Part shown: positions 16,641 to 28,300 of the stretch, piece by piece | Layout: every line of letters begins with the position of its first letter | How positions within the stretch are numbered: the stretch's first letter is position 1 | Notes under the pieces: generated by a model | What the model saw: only the letters and a program-made list of their open reading frames with translations | Databases searched by the model: none | Told to the model about the DNA's origin: nothing | IMG/VR virus record: IMGVR_UViG_3300027759_006101 | Location: 294,270-358,269 of that record | Reading direction: 5' to 3' (one strand) | DNA length: 64,000 nucleotides | Made by a program: the position numbers and the translations under genes

Positions 16641-18400
16641 AATTCAAACATTTTCCAAGCTCGTTCATTCTTATAAACTTTCTTTCTCATATTTACGTGA
16701 GATCTCAAATTCTTATGACTTGAGGCAAAATCAATAATAATAGCTTCAGGTTTTCCATTCTTTATAGAATCTTCAACATCTTTGCCTACACATCTTAAGA
16801 CTCTTCCAACTTGCTGATAAGTTGTGACTGGTGATGAACTAGTCCCAGCAAGAATTAGACAAGAGATTTTAGGAGCATCAACACCAACATTTGCCCACTG
16901 TGTTGCAATCAAGACTATTTCATTATTCTCAACTGCATTAAGCATTCTTCGACGATAATTCTTTTCCTCATCGCTTGGGTCTATTTCGCCTTTATCGCCA
17001 CCAGGTACAAATACTGCGTCCTCTATCATTCCTTCAAGAATATTGCCGTGTTCCATCCTTTCAACAAGAATAAGAGTAGGAGTACCCTTTTTTTTCATAG
17101 CTTCGGCAAATTGTTTTATTCTAAAATTTCTTTCCCAGCAATTAACAATATTTAAATTGTAAACTTCATGATAAGTTTGGCCAGGTTCTACAGTATCTAT
17201 ATTTACTACAAAGATTTTGGGTGGAACTAAGTACCCTCTCTCCACGAGATCACTGGCACTTACTTCGCATACTTTACCGCCCAAAGTACCTTCTATCCTG
17301 ATTTCTTGATTATCGGTACGAAAGGGAGTTGCAGATAAACCCAATCTGTAATATGCATTCTTTGCTTGATTACCAATTTCTTCAGTAACAACAGCTGCTA
17401 AATGTGCTTCGTCTATAATCAAAGCATTACAGTTCTTGATTACATCTCTGACTTGAGATTTTTGAAATAATATATTCTGCCTATTGTCCCAAGCTGATTG
17501 AGCTTTCTTATAATCTGACAATTCTTTTTTTACTAAGATTGACAATTCACGATCATACTGTTTTCGTAATTGAATTAAGTTTTTTGCAGAACTTTCTTCA
17601 GCTTTTTCAACTTTCTCATACAAGTCTGAAAGTTTTCCTGAAGCCACATGAGTTGCTTTTTTGTAGTTTGATAGAGCTACTTCTAATTCTTTTTGAAGAA
17701 AAGCAGTTGGTTTACTTCCTTCCCCATTATCGTCAACAATTTTGCTGTTTGTTTCAACATATTTTCTATCAAAAGCTATCAAAGCTGTCTGATATGTAAT
17801 GACGTTGATGCCTTCCATATTTAAGTCGCATAATCCGCCACCGGCAATTCCAACTTTGACTTGATTGCCATTGAACCTTAAATACTTTTCAAATTCTTTT
17901 TGCGTCTGTTTTAATAATTCAATTGCTGGGACTATAAATACAACTGGCTTGACTTTCAATTTTTGAAAGATATAACATGAAGTCATAGTTTTACCAGCAC
18001 CAGTAGCTAAAGCAAGCATTCCTCGTTGATTTTTCAAGGCTAAATCGCCTGAAAAAACTTGATAATCTCTAAGTTCTTTACCCATAAAATCACAAGTCAG
18101 CTCGTAATCTCTTGTAGGCTTGACTCTTTTGTCAATAAATTTATAATTTATTTTCAATTCATCAAAAAGTTTAGCTACACGCATAGTAAGGCCAGTAGGA
18201 AAAGATTGATTCCGCTTTACATAAAGAGAAATTTTCCCATCCCATTGTCCAGTCTTAAACTTTGCAGACCATTCTGAATCAGGAACTTTGTAGGACAACT
18301 CATTCCTCAAAGCTTCTTGAATTGGGTATGATAATTTACCAAAACTATCGTCAGTGTTAATTAGCACACTACGGTCATTGTAAACTTCAATCTCAACCAT
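16634..18400 (-). CDS. Superfamily 2 DNA helicase (UvsW/ResIII-like, DEAH) with a coiled-coil insertion (588 aa)
   Basis: Q-motif LRDYQ, Walker A ATGAGKT, DEAH, motif III SAT, motif V GVDAP, motif VI QQVGRVLR. Confidence 0.92.
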   Translation of the reverse strand: MVEIEVYNDRSVLINTDDSFGKLSYPIQEALRNELSYKVPDSEWSAKFKTGQWDGKISLYVKRNQSFPTGLTMRVAKLFDELKINYKFIDKRVKPTRDYELTCDFMGKELRDYQVFSGDLALKNQRGMLALATGAGKTMTSCYIFQKLKVKPVVFIVPAIELLKQTQKEFEKYLRFNGNQVKVGIAGGGLCDLNMEGINVITYQTALIAFDRKYVETNSKIVDDNGEGSKPTAFLQKELEVALSNYKKATHVASGKLSDLYEKVEKAEESSAKNLIQLRKQYDRELSILVKKELSDYKKAQSAWDNRQNILFQKSQVRDVIKNCNALIIDEAHLAAVVTEEIGNQAKNAYYRLGLSATPFRTDNQEIRIEGTLGGKVCEVSASDLVERGYLVPPKIFVVNIDTVEPGQTYHEVYNLNIVNCWERNFRIKQFAEAMKKKGTPTLILVERMEHGNILEGMIEDAVFVPGGDKGEIDPSDEEKNYRRRMLNAVENNEIVLIATQWANVGVDAPKISCLILAGTSSSPVTTYQQVGRVLRCVGKDVEDSIKNGKPEAIIIDFASSHKNLRSHVNMRKKVYKNERAWKMFELK

Positions 18401-18407
18401 AATTATT

Positions 18408-18416
18408 AGTATACCA
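18408..18416 (-). promoter_or_regulatory. Extended -10 promoter (TGGTATACT) 7 nt before the helicase ATG; probably leaderless
   Basis: Minus strand reads TTTG-TGG-TATACT-AATAATT-ATG. No SD. Lies directly after a strong terminator. Confidence 0.55.
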
Positions 18417-18417
18417 C

Positions 18418-18457
18418 AAAGAAAACAACCATTTTGTTGCTGCCAACAAAATGGTTG
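18418..18457 (-). terminator. Rho-independent terminator, perfect 14-bp stem
   Basis: CAACCATTTTGTTG (18426-18439) / CAACAAAATGGTTG (18444-18457), 4-nt loop, followed on the minus strand by TTTTCTTT. Confidence 0.88.
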
Positions 18458-18477
18458 AGTACTTAAATTAAATTTAT

Positions 18478-18903
18478 TTACTTGTTATTCATTGCATTGA
18501 ATTTATTTACTGCAATATTAATTTGTTTTGGTTTCTTGGAGACAAATTTTTCAAGAGTTGTAAGAACCAGCAATTCAATCTTTTCAGTATCTTCTTCACT
18601 TAGCTCAACGCCTTTTTGAACAGCACCAAGCTTAATAAATCTTACAAATTGATCAACTGCGTCTTCACTTGAAAATTCACCATCTTCAATCTTTTTCAAG
18701 CCTTCGATCCAAATGTCAAGGATTGCTTCGCCTTTCTGTCCAAGTGCATTTGAAAGAAAAACCTTAACCAGCTCGAGTGATGATATAGTGTCTGATATAG
18801 GTGCTTTAGTTCTGGCATAAAAAAATAATACTGCAGAACCAAAAACAAAACAAATTATTAATAAAATAATATCATTTTGAACTGCACTTAAAATTTTGTC
18901 CAT
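18478..18903 (-). CDS. Single-TM membrane protein, possibly holin-like (141 aa)
   Basis: N-terminal hydrophobic segment IILLIICFVFGSAVLFFY, then helical soluble region. GVELSEED..KIE.LV loosely recalls LL-H-type holins (weak). Confidence 0.6.
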   Translation of the reverse strand: MDKILSAVQNDIILLIICFVFGSAVLFFYARTKAPISDTISSLELVKVFLSNALGQKGEAILDIWIEGLKKIEDGEFSSEDAVDQFVRFIKLGAVQKGVELSEEDTEKIELLVLTTLEKFVSKKPKQINIAVNKFNAMNNK

Positions 18904-18904
18904 A

Positions 18905-19126
18905 TTAGCAATCCTTTGCTATTACCGAATCATCTTCATTTGATGAATTTGGATCTAAATCCATATCTGTAGTCAAAGGAATTACCAATTCGTCCTTGAT
19001 AGCTACTACTTCATCTTTATTTTCTTTTTCATCCGCCCAGACTACCGAATTATCAACTTCTACTTCTTCGCCTTCTGCATTAGTAAAGTTTTCGATTTTG
19101 CCTGTTGCTCTCTTAATCATACTCAT
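18905..19126 (-). CDS. Small acidic hypothetical protein (73 aa)
   Basis: ATGA-coupled to dnaJ and 1 nt from the next gene; D/E-rich. Confidence 0.7.
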   Translation of the reverse strand: MSMIKRATGKIENFTNAEGEEVEVDNSVVWADEKENKDEVVAIKDELVIPLTTDMDLDPNSSNEDDSVIAKDC

Positions 19127-20103
19127 AACATTTTTCTTCCTTTTCTTGATTCAATATAAGACTTCAAAGCGTCAGTTTCAACTTCATTTAAGTCGTTAGG
19201 TATATTATACTTGAATTTTATATGCAAATCAGAATAATTATTTTCGTCTACTGGTATTCCTTTATTCTTGATGATGTGAACATAATCATTTCTAATAGAT
19301 TTAGAAAATTTGAAATTTAAAATATTTCCATTAATATGTTTGTATTTGAAATTTGGTTCTACTATGCATAGGATAGGATCTATTTCAAACTCGTGTAACA
19401 TATTTAGGTTACTATCAAAATCAAACGAATCTTGCTTTTTCACATTAATTTCTATCATCAAAGGGCCTGGAGCTTGATGTTTATCACCGAAGTTGCCACG
19501 ATTAGGTAACATAACACTCTTGAAGCATTGACCTTTCTTGATTGTAAGATCAAACATTTCTTTTGCAATCACGTAGCCTTTACCCGAACACTTGTTGCAA
19601 AGTGATTCTGGTCTTTCTCCTCGACCTTGACAAGTTTGACAGGGGCCAGCATAATTTCTTATATGGAAGAAACCAACGTTTTGAACAACATAATGTTCTC
19701 CACTTCCCATACAATCAGTGCACAAATTGATTTTGCCAAAACCACCATCACCACTACAATCACGACAAGGCATCATTCTCTCATAAAATATCGGTTTTAT
19801 CGCATCACTGAAACATTCTTTAATCGAAAGTTCTATCTTTAACAAAACAGGGACATTGAGATTGCGGCGAAAAGCATTTAAGTGAGTTTTCCTAAATGGA
19901 TTATCAGGAAAAGGCATGTGATTCTGAGGCTTGGGGTTTAAGACATCCTCATAGGCCTGAGAAATTTCCTTAAACTTTTCCTCAGCATCAGATTGTTTAT
20001 TTACGTCTGGATGATATTCTTTGGCTAACTTTCTGTAAGCTTTTTTAGCATCATCTACGCTAGAATTCTCTGGTATTCCTAAAACTTCATAGGGACTAGG
20101 CAT
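19123..20103 (-). CDS. dnaJ: DnaJ/Hsp40 co-chaperone, class A-like (326 aa)
   Basis: J-domain with [16 protein letters not shown] (HPD). Four CxxCxGxG motifs ([32 protein letters not shown]) and a C-terminal domain. G/F region nearly absent. Confidence 0.95.
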   Translation of the reverse strand: MPSPYEVLGIPENSSVDDAKKAYRKLAKEYHPDVNKQSDAEEKFKEISQAYEDVLNPKPQNHMPFPDNPFRKTHLNAFRRNLNVPVLLKIELSIKECFSDAIKPIFYERMMPCRDCSGDGGFGKINLCTDCMGSGEHYVVQNVGFFHIRNYAGPCQTCQGRGERPESLCNKCSGKGYVIAKEMFDLTIKKGQCFKSVMLPNRGNFGDKHQAPGPLMIEINVKKQDSFDFDSNLNMLHEFEIDPILCIVEPNFKYKHINGNILNFKFSKSIRNDYVHIIKNKGIPVDENNYSDLHIKFKYNIPNDLNEVETDALKSYIESRKGRKML

Positions 20104-20110
20104 AAACTCA

Positions 20111-20782
20111 TTATACTAATTTAGATAGCATATTCTGTATTTTATTAGACGGGCAGACAGAACTTTCACCAACACCAATATCTGCGTGTTGTCCAGTTAC
20201 TCCCATAATAGTTCCGTATATCAAATTATCAACACCAATTACCATTCCACCAGATGAACCTTCTAATATGTCAGCATCAATAAAAATTATGTCATTCCAA
20301 GCTGGCATATTTGAATCTGCGATGCTTTGATGAATATTTGACACTCTACCAACAGTTGCAGTGTCGTGAAATCCCTCAGGAGCACTTATAACTGCTATAA
20401 TATCTCCAACTTCTAAAGCATCACTATTGCCAAATCTCAAGGGAGCAACATTAGGATCAAACTCTAATCTTACTGCTCCCGAGTCAATAGAGGGATCGGA
20501 AACTAAAAATGATGCAGCAATGTATTTTTTGCCATCAAATGTACACATAATTTCAGTAAGTGTTTGATCATTAGGAACTACGTGGCCAGCAGTGACAACA
20601 ATATTATTTCCAATATAAAAGCCACTACCTGACCAGTTTTTTTTACCAGATCTTACATAAATAGTACAGGAAGAGCCTAATCCTGTTTGTATTGTTTTTT
20701 TCACAGGATCATTGACTAAATCTGTTGTTTGCGAAGTCTTTACTAATGACTCCAATAAATTACAGTCTATCTTAAAATTCAT
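20111..20782 (-). CDS. Trypsin-like (S1, HtrA-type catalytic domain) serine protease without PDZ (223 aa)
   Basis: [12 protein letters not shown] (His), DSGAVRL (Asp), [11 protein letters not shown] (Ser), [14 protein letters not shown]. No signal peptide. Confidence 0.88.
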   Translation of the reverse strand: MNFKIDCNLLESLVKTSQTTDLVNDPVKKTIQTGLGSSCTIYVRSGKKNWSGSGFYIGNNIVVTAGHVVPNDQTLTEIMCTFDGKKYIAASFLVSDPSIDSGAVRLEFDPNVAPLRFGNSDALEVGDIIAVISAPEGFHDTATVGRVSNIHQSIADSNMPAWNDIIFIDADILEGSSGGMVIGVDNLIYGTIMGVTGQHADIGVGESSVCPSNKIQNMLSKLV

Positions 20783-21243
20783 TTTATAACTTTGTAGATA
20801 ATTTCATCTTTTTTTATAGGACCGAATCTTCTACTGTCGTCAGAGTTATTCAAGTTATCTCCAACAACAAAATAAGAATCTTCACCTAACTTATACTCTT
20901 GAACTGCATCTCCGTAGTTTGCTTTAGCTTCAAGAATAGATCTGAAAGAGTTATCAAGTAAAAAAACCATTTGAAACTTTTGGGAATCTAATATGTAGTA
21001 ATAATAATCCCCAGGAGTAAAAATAATTCTTTTTACTATAATAGCATCTTCACTAGTATCATTTATTACTACAATATCTCCTCTATTGTATTTGTTTTCT
21101 CTCTTGGCTAAAACAATTTGTCCATTACGTAATGTTGGCATCATAGATTGTCCAACAATTACTATCAACTTATAAGGTTGTAAATAAAAAGATAGACATA
21201 TCAATAAACTAACAAAGCAAGAAACTATAAATTTCTTATCCAT
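20779..21243 (-). CDS. lepB: Signal peptidase I (S26 family), ~154 aa
   Basis: TM anchor, VGQSMMPTL (catalytic Ser), RGDIVV, IVKRII (catalytic Lys), GDN..NSDDSRRFG. Start chosen at ATG 21243 after SD GAGGTG (the ORF track starts at 21279). Confidence 0.88.
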   Translation of the reverse strand: MDKKFIVSCFVSLLICLSFYLQPYKLIVIVGQSMMPTLRNGQIVLAKRENKYNRGDIVVINDTSEDAIIVKRIIFTPGDYYYYILDSQKFQMVFLLDNSFRSILEAKANYGDAVQEYKLGEDSYFVVGDNLNNSDDSRRFGPIKKDEIIYKVIK

Positions 21244-21307
21244 ACTCCACCTCACTGGTATGTTATGAGTTAGAGTCATTTTTGTTTTTTTGCTTGCTCT
21301 TTTAGAA

Positions 21308-22309
21308 TTACTTTTTAATTAAAATAGTGTTCCAGTCAACATTTGCTAATTTAGGAACACCAGGACCCCAATTTTTTTCTTCTCCCGAATCAACAACAGT
21401 ATTTTCCATAGAACAGATATTATGTAATGCAACCATCATATCTGCTTGGCAAAATTGGTTTCCAAACTCCTGCAATAAATTTAATTTTTTCAATGCAGAC
21501 TTTATCAATGCACAAATTCCAGCAACAAATGGTGATGCTTGACTTGTACCTGACATTTTACAATATTCATTTCTTAAGAAAGTTGAATATATATCTACTC
21601 CTGGAGCAACAATATCTACAGTTTCATCTTTTGATGTAAATGTTGCAAGTCTTCCGCCTGAATCTAATGCAGCAACAGCAATTACTTCATCATATCTAGC
21701 CGGGTAATTAACACTTTTGGAATCATTGCCAGCAGCTGCAATAACAACAATACCTTTTGACACTGCTTCTAAAATCAAATCATGAATAAACTTTGGTGGC
21801 TCAGAAGATGAACCTAAAGACATATTGATTATGTCAACATTTAATTCAATAGCTTTTTTTAATCCAGCGGCAATAGTTTCAAAACTACCAGAGCCATCAT
21901 CATTTAAAACTTTTATTGGAATAACTTTGCAATTTGGAGCAACTCCTACAACACCAAAGTCATTATCACTTCCAGCTATAATTCCGGCAACGTGTGTCCC
22001 GTGTCCAGAAGACTTATCTTCCCAGGAATCACTATCCGAACAATTAAAGACAGATTCTTTTGTCCAGCATTCTGATAAGTCAACGTGTTCTGCAATTCCA
22101 GTATCTAAAATTGCTACAACAACATCTTCTCCTTTAGTTAATTGCCAAACATTTTGTATTGAAGATAGTCCCAAACCCCAGTTTTGAGTTTGAGAAAGAG
22201 CACTGAAAGGTACAGGTGTAACTTCTAAATCTTCAATTGGAATGAATTGAATATTTTCAGACAATTCTTCCACAACTTCGACAGAGATTTCATTATTATT
22301 TTCGGACAT
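21308..22309 (-). CDS. Subtilisin-like S8 serine protease (333 aa)
   Basis: VAILDTG (Asp), HGTHVAGII (His), AAAGN (oxyanion), SGTSQASP (Ser). Short acidic N-terminal pro-segment, no signal peptide, SD GAGGT. Confidence 0.95.
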   Translation of the reverse strand: MSENNNEISVEVVEELSENIQFIPIEDLEVTPVPFSALSQTQNWGLGLSSIQNVWQLTKGEDVVVAILDTGIAEHVDLSECWTKESVFNCSDSDSWEDKSSGHGTHVAGIIAGSDNDFGVVGVAPNCKVIPIKVLNDDGSGSFETIAAGLKKAIELNVDIINMSLGSSSEPPKFIHDLILEAVSKGIVVIAAAGNDSKSVNYPARYDEVIAVAALDSGGRLATFTSKDETVDIVAPGVDIYSTFLRNEYCKMSGTSQASPFVAGICALIKSALKKLNLLQEFGNQFCQADMMVALHNICSMENTVVDSGEEKNWGPGVPKLANVDWNTILIKK

Positions 22310-22320
22310 TTTTTTACCTC

Positions 22321-22344
22321 AAATATAATATTATAATTATATTT
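22321..22344 (-). promoter_or_regulatory. Palindrome with a TATAAT hexamer in its loop, upstream of the S8 gene
   Basis: Minus strand reads AAATATAAT-TATAAT-ATTATATTT (9-bp arms). Confidence 0.4.
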
Positions 22345-22358
22345 TCTGGATCTCCTCT

Positions 22359-25300
22359 TTAAATAATGTGTACTATTTGACTATCTTGTGGGACTCCATA
22401 AAACTGTCCGTCATATGGCGTAACTGTGAAAGAGATTGCTTTATTTTTAAGAACCAGTGAAGAATTTAAGACACTTCCTTCTGCAATTTTAAAACTTACA
22501 CCATTAGTCCACTCAAACCATTCAACTCTGGATAAATCATTTGTTGTGCTAAAATAATAATATGCTTGTAAATCATTATTTGATTGAATATTATTATTTG
22601 TAATTTCAACAACTGACTTAATTTTTACATCAGATACATAAGGAGCTGTTTGACTCTTGAGTATTACAGGGCTTGAAGTATAAGATATTCCATAATCAAA
22701 GTTATCGTAAGGTTCAACAACTACATACACTTGATCGTTTTCTATAAAGTAATTATTTGCAGAATTCAAATCTGATTTATTTTGTAATAATTTATTTCTG
22801 TAATTAGGTGATGAATCAAGCTCAGATACAGTAGTTCCACCACCAGATGTTCTAACTCTATACCATTTAGACTTGGGCCTATATTCTTCATTATCAGAGA
22901 TATATTCATAAGATGTGAAAAACCTTTCACTTAATGAAACTTCTGAAGTAGAACCAGCTGAAACTTTAAAGGCTCTAGAATCTATTTGCAAAGACTCTGA
23001 TGTTAATGATGGAATTGGAGTATTTACATATCGAGAGTAGACATCTTTATTTGGGACAGTATTATTAGTAAATTCAAAATTAATTGTTTCGCTTGCGTTT
23101 GAATTAAATTTTTCTAACTTTAATCCAATTCTATACGAAGTATTACCAGCTATAAATAGAGTAACAATGTCGGATGAACTTCTTCTTACGTTAAAAATAA
23201 TTCTGCCATTTACTCTATCTAATTTATATCCGCCTCTAACTATTTCATTGTTCACTAAAACAACGATTTTACTATCTCCGGGCCATCTACCATTTACAGC
23301 GTAATAACTTACATAATCTGCAGATATCGTTCCTTCACCTAAAGCTTCATATCTTTCGTTTCCAGTGACAATTGTTGCTCTTACATTATTGACATCTACA
23401 ATATCAGAGGTAAAAGTAATTGTGCCGTTTACATTATTCGAGGTGTAAAGAGTTGTATCGACAAGAGTATCATTTATGAAGACTGAAATAGAGTCTGATA
23501 AATTCCAAGTGTATCTAGTGCCATTTTCATAAACAAAGAAAGTTCTGCTATTGTTTGGGGATTTCAAGCAAATTAATTTTTCTTTTATTACTTGTTGTGT
23601 AAATTTATAAGATTTTTGTCTTGATGCAAAAACACCATTTTTACCAGATAAGATTTCTTCAAAGTCTTCCCAATTAGTACTATTTCCCTTGCAAACACCC
23701 CAGGTTAATTTGGCGAGAGAAGTGTCTGAATAGTTTGTTGAAAGAATATACTCAAAAATATCTTCAGCAGTTGTCAAAACATCACTAAACAAATAATCTA
23801 CACTTGGGGCAACTTCTGTGTAGTAAAGAGTTTGCACATATGGAGTAACCTTTGATTGAGTTGCGTTATTCCAACCCTCTGTCAATGTAATCTTAAAATC
23901 AATATTTGTAATTTCTTTATTTATAGGAGTAGTTGACGCAAAAGAAGCCCAACTGCTAAAGTTTTTTCTATCTTTAGAATATCTATACTCAACTAAACAA
24001 GAACTATCTACGCTTTGCCCTGTAGAAGCTACATAAGAAGTAGTAATCGATTTTATATATTTTGGGTCTGAAAATTCTAAGTTTTTTGACCAAGTGCCAG
24101 AGAATAAATTGTTACTTCCGCCGTGAATTAAATCATTGCTTAGATTTGTCCAATAAGTATCTGAACTTGCATCAAAAACCAAACCTTGAGTTTCTTGATT
24201 TACCTTTCTGATAAAACCAGTATTAGCATTTTCATCAATGTCAAAAGATAAAACTTTAGTTCCTTGATTATTCCAAGAGTAATTTATTCTTTCAATCAAT
24301 TTAGTTTGATTTATAGTTTCATCACTATCGAAATCACTTACAATATTGACTAAAGGAATAAATGATTTGCCCCATCTTTCCATCATATATTCAGAAACTG
24401 TTGTGTTAGAAGGTATAGATGTATGTGTGCCGTCCCAATCTTTTCTGAAATATATCTCTATTTCATCAGTTGAAACAATCGGAGTACTAAAAGTTATTTG
24501 ACCTGTGCTTGGGCTAGTTGTAAATCCCGAACTAAGAATTGAGGAATTTTTTACTATTTCAACATATGGATATTCTGAAATACTCCAAGTAAAAGTATTA
24601 GTTCCATCTGAAGAAATTGTTATTGTGGTTCCTATGCTACCAGTCACAGGAATAATATTAAGTTGTTTTTGACTCTCGTTTTTATATCTGGTCTTTAAGT
24701 CAACAATCCTAAGAAGATTATTACTATATAAATAATCTCTTACGGCAGTTATTTCTGTTGTATTTGAAATGCCTGATATAGCGCTTGGTTGCTGTCCAAT
24801 TAAAGCGTATTCTAAACACTCGTACAAATTGCTGCTATCACCGTCAAAAGCTAAGTCAGAAATTATATTTGTAATTGCTGTGCCAGAATTTGTAAAACCA
24901 GCAGAACTTCTGTGCTTGATTTCTGAACCTAAAGTCCAAAGATCTTGGTAAGTCCTTCCTGCTGTTCTAGTGAAAAGTGAAGTAAGGTATGAATTAAATT
25001 TACTTTTTGGATTATAAGCTCTATTTACAGAATTAGAACTATCAAAAACATTGGAAACTAAAAACTTTGAATCTAAAACTAAATGACCACTATCATTAGC
25101 TAGAACACCTTTGAAAACACCAGTTTCCCAATTTACTTCAGAATTATCATAATTTCCAACAGATACAATAGTGTCTGTGGGTGATGAGTTAATATCATAA
25201 TGAACTTTATAGAAAAAATCTTGATTTAGTTGTTCGTACCAAGTAGAACCATTCACACTTGTAAATGCAGCGCCGGAAACGGGATTTACTTGAGTTGATT

Positions 25301-28300
25301 TTCTCCAATTGAACAAAGGAACTGAACTTGATGTTTCCTTAATAACAATTGCCAAGGTAGTGACACCAGAACCAGGAATGTCTAAGTCTGAAGTTAAGTC
25401 AAAAGTAGTAAATCCATCTCGCCTTACACTTAAGGAAGTTATGGACGTAGACGAAGCTAATTGTGTTTGAGGCTTACTATTCGAGTCAACTGAATAAACA
25501 TATGCGATCAATGATGAATTCGTAACACTATCATTATAAGATGCATTTGAAAGACTATCTTGGTCTCTTACAGTCACATATGCAGACACCTTAGTAATTG
25601 TGTTAGCCGTTGAAGCTGTAGTAAATGTTTGTGCCAGGTATCCCACAGTGTTTGAATCATTAGCGACAAACTTTATCTGACTTGCTGGTTTAGACTCAAA
25701 TAATACTGGAGAATATCCTTCACTAGTATTTTCTCCAGTCCTGTACCAATTGTCTCCATCATCTAAAGTATACCAAAGACCATTATTGGTTGCAGCTAAT
25801 AAAACATTTTGAGTTAATGAATTGAAAGAAGATAAAAATATTTTCAAATCAAATACTGAAGATGGATTTGTTCCCATAAATTCAGTTTTATGAAAAGAAT
25901 TGCCCTCATCAAACGATCTATAAACACCCTTGTTTGTCCCAATAAATATTTTAGATTTTCCTGGAGTTGACCCAATAGCAGTGTCAGTATCGATAGCGTA
26001 ACAGAGACATTCAATATTACGTAAATATCTCTGGTCAACTACATAATCTGAAGAACCAAGATTATCAGGATAAGAATACTTCCAGTTTTTTACTTTGATT
26101 AACCCATCATTGGTAAGAATAAATAATGGATTTGCATAAAGACTATTTGCAGAAGATGTTGGAACAGAATATGCTTGAAAGGAATTATAGAATCTTGTAA
26201 CTCCATCTGGATTTCCTGATGCAAACATTTTTCTTGGATTTATAAATTGACCAAAAGATGAATTATTTGCTTGATAGCCTAAAACATAATATCCATCATC
26301 TCCTGAAGCGTGTAAAGATTCATAAATTTGAGTAGTGCCAGAACCAATCTTGATGTACTGCCCCTTGAAGAAACCGTTTATATTAGAGCTTGTTAATTTC
26401 AAGAAATCAGATGTAAAAGTTCCATTTTCATAAATCTTGATTGATAAGCCGTCTGATTTACCAAAAGCTTCAAACAAAAGACCGTTCCAAAAACCTTTCA
26501 GATAGCAATTTTGTTTTTTATCATCAACTTTTGTCCAAGTAGTATTGTATTTCCATAAGCCATTTGTTGCTCCGACTAAAATGTCTAACTCAGGATTTTG
26601 AACAATATATGCAGTGTCTGAAGCATTATCAAGAATAGAGTCTAAAGCCCATTTATTATTGACACATTTCCAAACACCTAAATCAGTAGCAATTTTAGTA
26701 TTTTCACCAGTTTTTTCAGGACTTAAGATTGCTCTAATCATAACAGGATCACTTTCTGGATCTGTTATAGAGGGGACTAATTCTGTTCTTTTCTTGTATG
26801 AAGAGTTGTCAGGGTCTAAAGTACTGGAAGATAGGAAATTACTTACTAAAAGGGTATTTTTAAGGCCTCTTGTATCAGTTTGTGATACTACTGGAGCTAC
26901 AAAGTCAAATACTGTAGATATGCCAGCTTTAAGACTTCTGGCTAATTCTTGGATGTTTTGATTATTAGAAGAATCTAAATAATATTTTTGTTTTGATTTC
27001 AGGACATAAATATCATCTTCTAATCCAGATACAACATCATCAGCAACTCCATAGACTTCAGTGTTTTTCAAAAATGAAATTCCACTTGATGATCTTGCAG
27101 ATATTAGCACAACCTCTATAGGAAATACTGTATTGTCTATTGACTTGACTATAACAAGTTCTGAAGTTGTTTCGTTTTTTAACAGTAACAAATCATAAGA
27201 CGAAATTCTTTGATTAAGTAGAAGAGTTGTATCTGAGTTGATATTGTCCTTCCAAAGTTTTGCTATTGGTAAACTTGTTCTTGATATAGGTACGAATGTT
27301 GAGCTGTGAGGTTTAGTACCGGAATTTGTAATTGCTGGATTTTCACTCACAACAGAAAGTGTTATATTTTCTAAATCATCTTTTGAAACTGACTGCAAGA
27401 AAGTAACTGTACCTTCTAGAGAATTTGTAAAAAATGGTATTGAACTTGGCTTATTATTTATATAAACCATATTTCGAGTTTGTGTATTTGAATGTACACT
27501 CCAAGGATCCGTATTAAAAGTAGTGAAATTGTTTTCGTAATAAAGCTGCTCGCCTGAAACGTAAGACGTACCTGTTGAAACTAGTTGATAATTATAAATT
27601 AAGCTTAAATCGTTTATAGCTTGATAGTCTGAATTGTAAACTACAAAATTAGGTTCTATTGCTCCAAAAGTATCATTTGGTCTTTTCCATTTATATCCAG
27701 AAAGAATAAAAGAATAATTGCTCGTATCATCTTCCCAAAGTAAATCAGAGCTTATGAATATACCATTTGTAGTGCCAGCGTATAATTTGCCACTATTAGT
27801 TCCATCATCATAACTAAATAGAGTATTTACACTTCCTTGAAACAATGGTTCCCAATACAATTCTGATGCTGAAATTGTTGTATTGTCTACAGAAAAATCT
27901 TTTATTCTTGCAACACCATTTGAATGTCCAATAAAATATTCATTAAAAAATCTAAAGCTTTTTCTTTCTGTTGCACAAGTAATGATGGATCTTGCACTTG
28001 CGCCAGAGGGAGTGTTAGTAGAATAAACTTTTAACTTATAAACATCCCATTCTAAATTTGACGTTCCTAAATTAAAAGAGTCATTAGGTTTCAAAAACCA
28101 AACGCTTGATCCAAAAACAGTGCCATTAGTAACATTAATTTTTTTATAGCTTACAAATTCTGAAGAAACATCCAAATCTGTAGCTCTTGACCAGCCACCA
28201 GAAGCAGCAAGATAAATTCCATTAGTTCTCTTGTCGGTTTGGTCTTTTACTAAAACTCTATCTAATGCAGAAAGAGTATATCCATCAATGGTTTGCAATC

